This document shows, one piece after another, positions 32,615 to 41,968 of a stretch of DNA of 64,000 nt. The DNA is from an uncultured Chromatiales bacterium (GTDB lineage: Bacteria; Pseudomonadota; Gammaproteobacteria; CBFCYW01), in contig CBFCYW010000004.1 in NCBI GenBank assembly GCA_965602395.1, forward strand, positions 5,643 to 69,642, given 5' to 3'. The position numbers and the translations under genes are program-made. The notes beneath the pieces were generated by a model. That model was given only the letters and a program-made list of their open reading frames with translations, was not told the origin of the DNA and ran no database searches. Position 1 is the stretch's first letter, and each line of letters starts with the position of its first letter.

Positions 32615-33973
32615 TCAGAAACCCATGCCCGGCGGCAGCCGCCCCTTCATGCCGCGCATCATCTTCGCCATGCCGCCCTTGCCGGCCTTTTTCATCATCT
32701 TGCTCATCTGCATGTGCTGCTTGAGCAGGCGGTTGACGTCCTGCACCTGCAGGCCCGAGCCGGCGGCGATGCGGCGCTTGCGCGAGCCCTTGATCAGCGC
32801 CGGGAAGCGCCGCTCCTGCGGGGTCATCGAGTTGATGATGGCGATCATGCGGCGGATCTCGCCGTCGTTGGCCTGTTTTTTGACCGCATCGGGAATATTG
32901 CCGGCACCAGGCATTTTCTCCAGCAGGCCGGCGATGCCGCCCATGCCGAGCATCTGCTGAAACTGGTCGCGCAGGTCTTCGAGATCGAAGCCCTTGCCCT
33001 TCTGGATCTTCTTGGCGAGTTTCTCGGCCTTGTCCTGATCGACCTTCTGCTGCACCTCTTCGACCAGGCTGACCACGTCACCCATGCCGAGAATGCGCGA
33101 GGCGACGCGATCCGGGTGAAAGGGCTCCAGCGCGGTGGTCTTTTCGCCGGCGCCGATGAACTTGATCGGCACGCCGGTGATCAACCGCACCGAGAGCGCC
33201 GCACCGCCGCGGGCGTCGCCGTCGGTCTTGGTCAGCACCACGCCGGTCAGCGGCAGTGCATCGCCGAAGGCCTTGGCGGTGTTGGCGGCATCCTGACCGG
33301 TCATCGCATCGACCACGAACAGCGTCTCGACCGGCGCGATGGCGCCGTGCAGCGCCTTGATTTCGGACATCATCTCGGCGTCGATGTGCAAGCGGCCAGC
33401 GGTGTCCACCAGCAGCACATCGATGAATTGCTTCTTCGCCTGAACAAGCGCGTCGCGGGCGATCGCATCCGGGCGCTGCATGGCGTTGCTGGGGTAGAAC
33501 TCGGCGCCGACCTCAGTGGCCAGCGTCTGCAGCTGGTCGATGGCCGCAGGGCGGTACACGTCGCAGCTGACCACCATCACCTTTTTGCCCTGGCGCTCGC
33601 GCAGGTGGCGCGCCAGCTTAGCGACGGTGGTGGTCTTGCCGGCCCCCTGCAGACCGGCCATCAGCACCACCGCGGGCGGCTGCGCGGAGAGGTCGAGTCC
33701 GGCGCTCTCGGCGCCCATCACCCGCACCAGCTCGTCGTTGACCACTTTGATCAGCGCCTGCCCCGGCGACAGCGAGCCGAGCACCTCCTGGCCGAGCGCC
33801 TTTTCGCGCACGCCGCCGATGAATGCCTTGACCACGGGCAGCGCGACGTCTGCCTCCAGCAGTGCCATGCGCACTTCGCGCAGGGTGTCCTGGATATTCT
33901 GCTCGGTCAGGCGACCCTGGCCGCGCAGGTTTTTTACCGTGCGCGACAGTCGCTCGCTCAGGTTCTCGAACAT
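32615..33973 (-). CDS. ffh: signal recognition particle protein Ffh
   Basis: 452 aa; SRP54 N, G and M domains (GLQGAGKTTT, DTAGR, Met-rich C-terminus MMKKAGKGGMAKMMRGMKG). Confidence 0.95.
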   Translation of the reverse strand: MFENLSERLSRTVKNLRGQGRLTEQNIQDTLREVRMALLEADVALPVVKAFIGGVREKALGQEVLGSLSPGQALIKVVNDELVRVMGAESAGLDLSAQPPAVVLMAGLQGAGKTTTVAKLARHLRERQGKKVMVVSCDVYRPAAIDQLQTLATEVGAEFYPSNAMQRPDAIARDALVQAKKQFIDVLLVDTAGRLHIDAEMMSEIKALHGAIAPVETLFVVDAMTGQDAANTAKAFGDALPLTGVVLTKTDGDARGGAALSVRLITGVPIKFIGAGEKTTALEPFHPDRVASRILGMGDVVSLVEEVQQKVDQDKAEKLAKKIQKGKGFDLEDLRDQFQQMLGMGGIAGLLEKMPGAGNIPDAVKKQANDGEIRRMIAIINSMTPQERRFPALIKGSRKRRIAAGSGLQVQDVNRLLKQHMQMSKMMKKAGKGGMAKMMRGMKGRLPPGMGF

Positions 33974-34087
33974 GCCCTCAGCAACCTCGGGTTTTATCTG
34001 CGCGGAGTGCGCTGGAATGTGCGAATCGACGCCGCCGCCGGCGCCTGCCGGAACCGCCGCAACGACCCGATCCGGCCAGGGGCGGGA

Positions 34088-34855
34088 TTATAACGTGAAA
34101 GTGTCGCCGCCACGCAGGCGCAGCAGATCAAAGCCGACGATGGCTTCCAGGCACTCGCCGTAGGTCTGGTCTTCGGCACCCGGCTTGAGGTGCGAGATGG
34201 CCACTCGCGGCCGATGGCGGCGCAACTTGGCCATGTCGTCGGCGAGCAGATCCGGGCAGTAGTGCTTGGAGACCTCGGCCAGCCAGCGATTGGCATTGCC
34301 GAAGCCGACTTCGACGATCAGCAGATCGAGGCGATCGCGGGCGTTGAGCGCGGCCCACAGGGTGTCGTTGGTGGTGGTATCGCCGGAGAAGCAGAAGGCC
34401 GAGGCGCCGTTGTGCACGTAGTAACCGGCGCCGGGCACCACGTGATTGACCTCGATCATCTCGATCTCGCGGCCAGCGACCTCGATGCTCTCGCCGGGGC
34501 GCATTTCTTCGAACACCAGCACCGGCGCCTGCTTGCTCGGCAGCTCGGCGAAGTTTGGCCAGATCGACCAGTTGAAGATGTGCTCGCGCAGGGCTTGCAG
34601 CGTCTCCGGGCGGGCGTGCAGGCGCAGCGGCGGGACGTCCTTACCGAACAGGGTGTCGACCATGAACGGCAGGCTGACCAGGTGGTCGAGGTGCGAATGG
34701 GTGAGAAAAATATGCCGCACGCGGCGCATCTCGTCGACAGTCATGCTGCCGACGCCGGTACCGGCATCGATCAGAATGTCATCGTCGATCAGCAGCGAGG
34801 TAGTGTCGAGCCCTCGGCCGACACTACCACTACAACCCAGCACGCGCAGATTCAT
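34088..34855 (-). CDS. MBL-fold metallo-hydrolase (class-II cyclic-nucleotide phosphodiesterase-like)
   Basis: Start at MNLRVLGCSGSVG; HxHxDH motif THSHLDHLVSLPF; overall beta-lactamase-fold pattern. Confidence 0.6.
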   Translation of the reverse strand: MNLRVLGCSGSVGRGLDTTSLLIDDDILIDAGTGVGSMTVDEMRRVRHIFLTHSHLDHLVSLPFMVDTLFGKDVPPLRLHARPETLQALREHIFNWSIWPNFAELPSKQAPVLVFEEMRPGESIEVAGREIEMIEVNHVVPGAGYYVHNGASAFCFSGDTTTNDTLWAALNARDRLDLLIVEVGFGNANRWLAEVSKHYCPDLLADDMAKLRRHRPRVAISHLKPGAEDQTYGECLEAIVGFDLLRLRGGDTFTL

Positions 34856-35061
34856 CGAAAGCTTACAAGCCGTCAATATTGTGACGCACCATGCTATCAC
34901 GGTAGGCCGTGCAGCCAAGCCGCACAGCCACCATTTGCGAGTGCATTCACACAACTTTTCAGAGCGTTCACGTGGCGCCCTTCTAGCCGGCACCAACGCT
35001 GTGAGATGATTACATCTGGACCTTGTCCATCACCCTCCGCCACCAAAGGAATGCCCCCGAG

Positions 35062-35877
35062 ATGCTCCCCGCTATTCTGGGCCTGGGCAGCGCCGGCCTC
35101 TATGCCACTTCGGCCGGCCTGCTGTTCTATCGCCTGCAACGCCGCGACGGCGACACCGACCACAGCAAACGGCTGGCACTGGCTCTGGCCGCGCTGGCTG
35201 TCGCCCTGCACGCCTGGCTGCTGGCCAGTGATATCTTCCACGTCGGCGGCCTCGACCTGGGGTTTTTCAACGCCCTGTCGCTGGTCGGCTGGCTGGTCGC
35301 CGGCATGCTGGTAGTGCTGGCCCTGCGCCAACCCGTAGAAAATCTCGGCATCGGTCTGCTGCCGCTGGTGGCACTGGGCGTGATCGTGGAGCTGCTGTAT
35401 ACCCAGCGCGGCAGCGAAGCCACCGGCAGCCAGCTGGAGCTCGGCGTGCAGATGCACGCACTGTTCTCGATCACCGCCTACGGCCTGCTGGCACTGGCCG
35501 CCACTCAGGCGCTGCTGCTGGCGCTGCAGAACGCGCGGCTGCACGCCCATCACCCGGGCGGCTTCCTGCGCGCCCTGCCGTCGCTGGCGCTGATGGAGAC
35601 GCTGCTGTTTCGCATGATTGGCGCCGGCTTCATCCTGCTGAGCCTGTCGCTGCTCACCGGCTTTATCTTCGTCGATGATCTGTTCGCTCAACATCTGGTA
35701 CACAAGACGACGCTGTCTCTGGCTGGTTGGGGGGTATTCGCTGCGCTGCTGGTCGGTCGCGTGCTGCGCGGCTGGCGCGGGCGCCAGGCGGTGCGCTGGA
35801 CGCTGACCGGCATCGTACTACTCATCCTGGCCTATTTCGGCAGCAAACTCGTACTGGAGCTGCTGCTCGGCCGCTGA
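35062..35877 (+). CDS. ypjD: inner-membrane protein YpjD (cytochrome c assembly / CcsA-like family)
   Basis: 8-TM hydrophobic protein; divergent from ffh exactly as E. coli ypjD-ffh. Confidence 0.7.
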   Translation: MLPAILGLGSAGLYATSAGLLFYRLQRRDGDTDHSKRLALALAALAVALHAWLLASDIFHVGGLDLGFFNALSLVGWLVAGMLVVLALRQPVENLGIGLLPLVALGVIVELLYTQRGSEATGSQLELGVQMHALFSITAYGLLALAATQALLLALQNARLHAHHPGGFLRALPSLALMETLLFRMIGAGFILLSLSLLTGFIFVDDLFAQHLVHKTTLSLAGWGVFAALLVGRVLRGWRGRQAVRWTLTGIVLLILAYFGSKLVLELLLGR

Positions 35878-35933
35878 CGATGAAACCGCGCCGGCCCGAG
35901 CCGGCGCGGCGCATGCCGATCAGCTGACTGGAA

Positions 35934-37220
35934 CTAACTGGTGAAGTAGCCGCGCTGATACCACATCTGGCGGTTCTTGAGCATGCTGCGCAGCAGTGTG
36001 TCGCTGTGCTGTTCCCACCAGGCAATGATATCGACGAATTCGACGATGCGCGCGCGGCCATCCTGAATGGTGACCACCGGCCAATTGCCCACCAGCGCGT
36101 TGTTGACGCCGAAAAAGCCATCGCCCCACCAATCGGCCTCGCCGAAGGCGTGCGGTGCGCGCCCCTCGCCCTTCATCGCCTGCAGCACGTCGAGCGGTTC
36201 GATGCTGCCGGCACGCGCGGCGGACTTGCTCCACAGTTCGAGAATCGAGGCGTACTCCCAGGAAACCGCCGACCAGGTACCGGGGTGGCGCTCGCTGTAG
36301 GTGGCGTAGAAGCGGTTCGGGTCCTCGAAATTGACGAATGACTCGTTGAGCGCCGGATCATCGAAATCCGGGAACTGAAAGATCATGTTCTCCATGAACT
36401 CCGCGCTGGTCTGGGTGATCAGCTGGCGGTAGTTGTCGCAGGTGCAGGAGATGATCTTGCCTTCGAAGCCCTGTCTGAAGGCCTCCACGGTGATCGCATC
36501 GACGTAGTCCGAATAGGCCGTATCCAGACACAGTATCTGGACCTGGGCGTCGAGCATGCTGCGCACCAGCGGCGCGAAGTCGGTGGTTTCAAAATCGAAG
36601 CTGATGCGTTTGACCACTTCGATATCGGCGGCATCAAAAGCGCCGATGTAAGTCGCGATGGAAATGTCGCCGAGCGAATCCGCCTGCGCGCAAATGCCGG
36701 CGCGCTTGAGCTCGGGGAAATTGCGCGCCAGCCAGTCGACGCCGGTGACGTTGTAAATCGGGTGCGCCTCACAGGGCGCCACCAGGTAGGGCGCGTCGAT
36801 CGACAGATCGCTGGGCAGCAGTGTCGATGTGAGCATCTCGCGGCGATTGGCGTAGTCCTGCACCCCGCTCCAGGTATCGCCGCCGAGCATCATCACGAAC
36901 TTTACGCCCTCGCCCTCGACCAGCTGCCGATAGCCCTGCAGTGCCAGCTCCGGATCGTACTGGTTGTCAAAGGCGGCGAGCTCGATCAGGTAGTTGTCTT
37001 CGCCGATGCTCACCCCGCCCGCGGCATTCAGCCGCTCGACCCAGATCTCGCAGCCGTACAGCCCGGGCAGTCCCCAGGCCGCGGCGTCGCCGGTCAGCGG
37101 CGCGCAGAAGCCGACCTTCACAGTGCGTTGCTCGGCGCGCACACCGAGCGGCAGCCCAATGCCGGCGAGGGCGGCGCCACCGACCAGCTGTTTGACGAAA
37201 TCTCTGCGCTTGATGGCCAC
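35934..37220 (-). CDS. orphan periplasmic substrate-binding protein (branched-chain amino acid/amide/urea-type, Peripla_BP_6-like) with twin-arginine signal
   Basis: MAIKRRDFVKQLVGGAALAGIGLPLGVRA is a Tat motif plus signal peptide; type-I SBP features; no adjacent permease or ATPase genes. Confidence 0.65.
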   Translation of the reverse strand: MAIKRRDFVKQLVGGAALAGIGLPLGVRAEQRTVKVGFCAPLTGDAAAWGLPGLYGCEIWVERLNAAGGVSIGEDNYLIELAAFDNQYDPELALQGYRQLVEGEGVKFVMMLGGDTWSGVQDYANRREMLTSTLLPSDLSIDAPYLVAPCEAHPIYNVTGVDWLARNFPELKRAGICAQADSLGDISIATYIGAFDAADIEVVKRISFDFETTDFAPLVRSMLDAQVQILCLDTAYSDYVDAITVEAFRQGFEGKIISCTCDNYRQLITQTSAEFMENMIFQFPDFDDPALNESFVNFEDPNRFYATYSERHPGTWSAVSWEYASILELWSKSAARAGSIEPLDVLQAMKGEGRAPHAFGEADWWGDGFFGVNNALVGNWPVVTIQDGRARIVEFVDIIAWWEQHSDTLLRSMLKNRQMWYQRGYFTS

Positions 37221-37341
37221 GTCGCTATTCTCCCTTCCGGGTCATTCCCGGATTTTGTCTTTGTGTGCACGGCTCTCGCCTGCCCATCCATTGCCCGGCG
37301 GCCCGCCACCTGCGAAAAAGCGAGGCCGCGCGCCGCGAGTA

Positions 37342-37857
37342 TCAATCGATGAACTGGCAGTGACCCTTGCGTGATTCGCCGGACAGATCGCCGACGCGCT
37401 TACCGGGATGTGCCTGCGTGTTAGCGACGTAATCGTGGGATTCGAAATTACCGCTGCGCCGATCGACGACGAGCTTTTCGTAGATTCTGCCGCGCACGAC
37501 TGGATCCGGCGCGTACTTACCGTAATAGAAGTCAAGTACCAATTGTTGTGGCAATACGCGCAGTTCAATGCGCCGATCGAAGCCGGCACGTGGCGCCTGC
37601 AACACTTTGCGGTTGTCGGTGTCGATCACAAACAGCGCTGGCAGGCCTTCGCGATAGCTGCCATCGGTGTCGCGCGACGGCGCGCACTGCATTTTCACCT
37701 CGGCCTCAACAACGCCCGGCACGCCGGCGAACAGACACAGAGCCAGCGCTGCGAGCGCCGCCGGATGGCGAATCGACCGCAATCCGGCAGTGCCGGTGCG
37801 CACCGGGGCCGGCCACACCGGGTGAGCGGCAGTGGCAGGGCAATCGTCGGGGGACAT
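37342..37857 (-). CDS. hypothetical small secreted protein
   Basis: Open frame with a signal-peptide-like segment (HPAALAALALCLFAGVPGVVEA) and two Cys. The ATG at 37857 is listed. A TTG at 37782 would give a cleaner signal peptide (MRSIRHPAALAALALCLFAG). No recognisable domain. Confidence 0.45.
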   Translation of the reverse strand: MSPDDCPATAAHPVWPAPVRTGTAGLRSIRHPAALAALALCLFAGVPGVVEAEVKMQCAPSRDTDGSYREGLPALFVIDTDNRKVLQAPRAGFDRRIELRVLPQQLVLDFYYGKYAPDPVVRGRIYEKLVVDRRSGNFESHDYVANTQAHPGKRVGDLSGESRKGHCQFID

Positions 37858-38061
37858 GGGAGGCGCCTCGCGGCAAGCCATATTCAGCACGCAGAGCACC
37901 GTGTGGGGGGATGGGTAAAGACCAGAATAACATGCCTGGCGCACGGTTCCGCAAGCGCAAAACCCGCTATTTGTCAAACAGATATGGGGGCGGCCGCCAG
38001 GATCGGGAACGGCGTCGCAAACGGATTCGTCGACGTTGTCACAGAAACGCCGCGCGGCGCG

Positions 38062-38931
38062 CTAGCGCACCAGTTCCGGCACGCCCAGCTGCTCCACCAA
38101 GCGCTCGGTCTCGCGCAGAACCAGCGCCATGTTGGAATCGCGCACCGTCGGCAGCAGCTGGCGGGCCTTGCGCACCTGGGCGTAGTCCAGCTCGGCGACG
38201 ATCAGCTCCTCGTCCTCGCCGGCCACCGCCAGCTCGCGGCCGAAGGGGTCGATGATCCGCGAGCCACCCCAGAAGGTCAGCCCGCGCTCCTTGCCGCAGC
38301 GGTTGGCGAGCACCGTTGGCGCGCCGTACATCATCGAATAAAAGCGCGCTGCGAGCCGCCAGCCGCCGGGGTTGTCGAACTCCGCGCCGACCGCCTCGAC
38401 GCCGGAGCTGATCGGTGTCAGCAGCAGCGTGGCGCCGTGCAAAAAGGCCAGATGGGTCAGCGCCGGATTCCACACATCGGCGCAGATCAGCAGCCCGGCG
38501 CGCCAGTCGCGATCGAATTCGCAGGTGTCGACAAAGCGCCCGCTGGCGTAGTGCTTGCCCTCGTCGAGCAGGCCGTAGTTGGGCAGGTTGACCTTGCGGT
38601 GGATGTAGATCACCTCGCCGCGCTGCAGGATCGCCGCGGCGTTGTAAAACTGCGCCGCCGGCCCCTCTTCGATAAAACCGAGCACCACGCGCATCTCGCC
38701 GGCGGCCTCGGCGAGTTGTTGCAGGCGCGGATCATCGCGGTGCACTGCGGCATCGAGCAGGCGCTCGGGGCCGTGGTGGCCGACCAGCGACAGCTCCGGC
38801 AGCATCAGCAGATCCAGCCCCTCGGCGCGGCCGCGGCCGATCCACGTAAAATGGGCGTCGAGGTTGGCGTCGATATCGCCGACTTCACTGGCGAACTGGG
38901 CTGCGCCGACGCGCAGTACGGAATGGCTCAT
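38062..38931 (-). CDS. carbon-nitrogen hydrolase family protein (nitrilase/amidase superfamily)
   Basis: Start MSHSVLRVGAAQFASEVGDIDANL. Glu-Lys-Cys catalytic-triad context (LLMLPELSLVGH..., RKVNLPNYG, LLICADVWNP) as in the CN-hydrolase branch. Confidence 0.75.
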   Translation of the reverse strand: MSHSVLRVGAAQFASEVGDIDANLDAHFTWIGRGRAEGLDLLMLPELSLVGHHGPERLLDAAVHRDDPRLQQLAEAAGEMRVVLGFIEEGPAAQFYNAAAILQRGEVIYIHRKVNLPNYGLLDEGKHYASGRFVDTCEFDRDWRAGLLICADVWNPALTHLAFLHGATLLLTPISSGVEAVGAEFDNPGGWRLAARFYSMMYGAPTVLANRCGKERGLTFWGGSRIIDPFGRELAVAGEDEELIVAELDYAQVRKARQLLPTVRDSNMALVLRETERLVEQLGVPELVR

Positions 38932-39042
38932 GGGGGATCTCCACGGTGCAGGGGTGGGGCAACGGCACACCATAGCGCCGACCGGTGGAGGCTGTCAGCG
39001 GCCGGCGTGCCGCGCGTCGCCGTACGGCAAGCGCTGCCGCGC

Positions 39043-39516
39043 TCAGCGGGCGATGGCTGCGAAGCGGGCGGCGCACAGGCGCGCCAGATCGGCCGGTGCC
39101 AGTTCGATCTCCAGACCGCGCCGGCCGGCGCTGACGTGCATCGTCTCCAGCGCTTCGGCGCTGCTGTCGATGAAGGTGCGCAGGCGGTTCCGCTGCCCCA
39201 GCGGGCTGATGCCGCCGACGATGTAGCCGGTGGCGCGCTCGGCGAGGCGCGGCTCGGCCATCTCCACCCGCTTCACCCCGGCGGCACTGGCGATGGCCTT
39301 GAGATCCAGCTTCGCCGCGACCGGCACGACACCCACCAGCAGGCCGCGCGCGCCCTCGCCGCAATCCACCAACAGGGTTTTGAAAACAATCGCCGGATCG
39401 AGGCCGAGCTGCCGGACCGCCTCTTCGCCGTAGGCTGCGACTCCGGGATCGTGATCGTAGCGGTGCACGCGGTGAACCACGCGGGCGCGTTTGGCGGCGT
39501 TGATGGCTGGGGTCAT
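39043..39516 (-). CDS. ybaK: Cys-tRNA(Pro)/Cys-tRNA(Cys) deacylase YbaK-like (aminoacyl-tRNA trans-editing domain)
   Basis: 157 aa; DPAIVFKTLLV...GYIVGGISPLGQ matches the YbaK/ProX deacylase family. Confidence 0.75.
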   Translation of the reverse strand: MTPAINAAKRARVVHRVHRYDHDPGVAAYGEEAVRQLGLDPAIVFKTLLVDCGEGARGLLVGVVPVAAKLDLKAIASAAGVKRVEMAEPRLAERATGYIVGGISPLGQRNRLRTFIDSSAEALETMHVSAGRRGLEIELAPADLARLCAARFAAIAR

Positions 39517-39659
39517 GGCGGCGCAGTCTAAGGCGGCGGATCAGCGCGGATTATGCCGCGTCGCGATGCGCCCCACCACGCCCCGCCCCGCCCCGCCCCA
39601 CCACGCCACAGGCAGCGCGTGGCGGGCACTGGCGGCAGGCGCGGCAGTGGCGAGGAAAA

Positions 39660-40727
39660 CTAGGCAGACAGGGGCGCGGGCAGGGCGACGCCGTGCTGCT
39701 CGGCCAGCTGCTGCAGTTCGGCGATCATTTTCGCGTCCAGCCGCACGCCGTGCGCGGCGCTCTCGGCCATGATGCGCCAGCGCGACTCGCCGGGCAGACG
39801 CACCTCGCCGCCGTCCGGGCTGGCGGCCTTCACCTGCCCGACCAGCTCCTCCAGCCGCGCGTAGTAGCTGTCCATCGGCAGCAGCCGGGCGAGATCGATA
39901 GCGATGAAGCAGTGGCCGTTGTCGCCGTTGCCGCTGAAGTCGTTGAACATCGAGCGCACGCCGGAGGACAGCGCCGCGCCGCTGATCACCGCGGAGAGCA
40001 GCTCGACGAAGAACACCAGTCCCGCGCCCTTGGCGCCGCCGAAGGGCAGCATGGCGCCCTCGCCGGCCTTGGTGGGGTCGGTCATCGGCAGGCCCTGGCG
40101 GTCGACGAGGATGCCCTCGGGCAGGGTTTCGCCGTTCTGCGCGGCGCGGATCACGCTGGCGCCGGAGACTGCGGCGGTGGCCATGTCGAGGATGATCGGC
40201 TCGCCGTTGCCGCGCGGCGCGCCGATCGCCAGCGGGTTGGTGCCGAACACCGGGGCGACGCCGCCGAAGGGCGCCAGCTTGGCGATCGAGTTGCTGGTGG
40301 CGATGCCGAGCATGCCGCGGCGCGCGGCCAGATCGACGAAATAGCCGCCGGTGCCGAAGTGGTTGCTGTTGCGCGCGGCGATCACCCCGACGCCGCTCTC
40401 GCCGGCCAGTTCGATGGCTTTTTGCATGCCCAGATGGCCGACCACGTGGCCGAAGCCGCCGCCGCCGTCGAGCTTGCCGATGGACGGCCCGCCGATCTCA
40501 AAACGCGGCTCGCAGGGGCATTTGATCAGCCCGTCGACGAAGCGCTTGAGGTAGGCGGGCAGACGCCACACGCCGTGGGTCGGGCGGCCGATGCGATCGC
40601 TCCACAGCAGGGCCTCGGCGAAGATCCGCGCCTGTTCGCGGTCTGCGCCCTCGCCGCTGAGCACGGCGACGGCGAAATCGGTCAGCGCGTCGGCGTCGAA
40701 GCGGCGCGCATCGACGGCGGCACTCAC
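39660..40727 (-). CDS. Ldh_2-family NAD(P)H-dependent oxidoreductase (malate/L-lactate dehydrogenase type 2)
   Basis: NSNHFGTGGYF and surrounding Gly-rich patterns of the Ldh_2 family. The real start is GTG at 40725-40727, and the overlap GTGA is shared with the upstream stop. The N-terminal 120 codons of the ORF-track frame overlap the upstream gene and are rejected. Confidence 0.7.
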   Translation of the reverse strand: MSAAVDARRFDADALTDFAVAVLSGEGADREQARIFAEALLWSDRIGRPTHGVWRLPAYLKRFVDGLIKCPCEPRFEIGGPSIGKLDGGGGFGHVVGHLGMQKAIELAGESGVGVIAARNSNHFGTGGYFVDLAARRGMLGIATSNSIAKLAPFGGVAPVFGTNPLAIGAPRGNGEPIILDMATAAVSGASVIRAAQNGETLPEGILVDRQGLPMTDPTKAGEGAMLPFGGAKGAGLVFFVELLSAVISGAALSSGVRSMFNDFSGNGDNGHCFIAIDLARLLPMDSYYARLEELVGQVKAASPDGGEVRLPGESRWRIMAESAAHGVRLDAKMIAELQQLAEQHGVALPAPLSA

Positions 40728-41968
40728 GCCTTGCTCGCCTTGAGCTTGTGGTCGCGCTTGGCGAGGCCCAGACGCGCCATCGCCAGGCCGGCGAAGTACT
40801 TGATGTCGTCGGCCAGCATCGACAGGAATGGCCTGGGATCGCTGAGGCTGAAGTAGGGAAACACCAGCTTTTTGTGCGACATGGATTTGCGCCAGTCGCT
40901 CCAGCTCAGGCCGCGGGCGCGCTTCTCCTGACGGAAGGCGCGCAGGTCGGTGAGCGGCGACCAGATGGCCACCTGCGGCTCGCAGCCGGCGCTCGGCTCG
41001 ACGTGCTGGCCGGTGATGTGCGCGTAGGTGATCAGCGCCGATTCGACACCGCTTTGCACCAGCTGCTCCTGCACCGCGGTGAAGCGGGTGTTGCACTCGA
41101 TAACCTTCAACTGGCCGCTGCGCTCGTCGCGCTTGAACTCCAGATTGCCGAAGCCGCGAAAATCCATCGCATCGAAGAACTGTCGCGCGGTGGCTTCCAC
41201 ATCCGGTAGCACGTCGGTGATCTGGTAGGTGCCGCTGCCCTGGTTCATCGGGTAGCGCCGCACGCAGCGCTTGGTGAAGTGGAACAGCTCGCGGCCGTCT
41301 TCGTCGCGGTAGGTGTAGAAACTGCAGTTGTGGTCATCCGGGCCGGGGATCATCTCGCAGATCATGAAACCGATATCGCGCTCGATCAGCTCGTAGCCCT
41401 TGCGGCGCAGCTCCTCGGCGTCGTCGACGCGGGCGTACTTGCCGCCGTAGATGCGCTGGAACAGGTGCGAGTAGTGCGGCTTGAGGATCGCCGGGTAGAC
41501 CACGTCTTCGCGCAGCGCGGCATCCACGTCCTCGCGGCGCGCAACGTCCCAGAAGGCGGGGATCGGCACACCGGCGTCGCGGGCGATCTCCAGCGTGCGC
41601 TGCTTGTCGAGCAGATCGAGAATCTGCTGCGGGTCGTTGCGTTCGAGCAGGTAATCCTCGGCCAGCGCGTCGTGGTTGCGGGCGACGTATTCGAGGGCGT
41701 CGTCGCCACAGACCAGCAGCACCGAGCCCTTCAGCTGCGGGTACTTGCCGCTGCGCAGCAGCTCTTCGAAGTAAGCCTCCGGCTCGCTGCCGGCGGGCAC
41801 CGGGAAGACTTCTTCGCAGTAGCGCGACAGCAGCGCCGCGTGCGGACTCATGCAGGCGCGCACGGTGATGCCGGCGCGGCCGAAGCTGCGCATCAGCGAC
41901 AACGCATTGGCGGCGCCGCCGAGAATCAGTACCGGCGCCTTGTTTTCGACGCGAATCCTCTCAGCCAT
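40724..41968 (-). CDS. ATP-grasp ligase, COG3919 / D-aspartate-ligase-like
   Basis: MAERIRVENKAPVLILGGAANALSLMRSFGRAGI pre-ATP-grasp domain, then the ATP-grasp core (YPAILKPHYS..., GFMICEMIPG, LEFKRDERSGQLKVIECNTRF). Confidence 0.7.
   Translation of the reverse strand: MAERIRVENKAPVLILGGAANALSLMRSFGRAGITVRACMSPHAALLSRYCEEVFPVPAGSEPEAYFEELLRSGKYPQLKGSVLLVCGDDALEYVARNHDALAEDYLLERNDPQQILDLLDKQRTLEIARDAGVPIPAFWDVARREDVDAALREDVVYPAILKPHYSHLFQRIYGGKYARVDDAEELRRKGYELIERDIGFMICEMIPGPDDHNCSFYTYRDEDGRELFHFTKRCVRRYPMNQGSGTYQITDVLPDVEATARQFFDAMDFRGFGNLEFKRDERSGQLKVIECNTRFTAVQEQLVQSGVESALITYAHITGQHVEPSAGCEPQVAIWSPLTDLRAFRQEKRARGLSWSDWRKSMSHKKLVFPYFSLSDPRPFLSMLADDIKYFAGLAMARLGLAKRDHKLKASKA

Noticed and set aside
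39660-41096. Long N-terminal extension (about 120 codons) of the Ldh_2 ORF given in the ORF track
   Set aside because: The extension overlaps the C-terminus of the upstream ATP-grasp gene in another frame and has no homology-like content. A GTG at 40725-40727 sharing GTGA with the upstream stop gives a normal Ldh_2 N-terminus.
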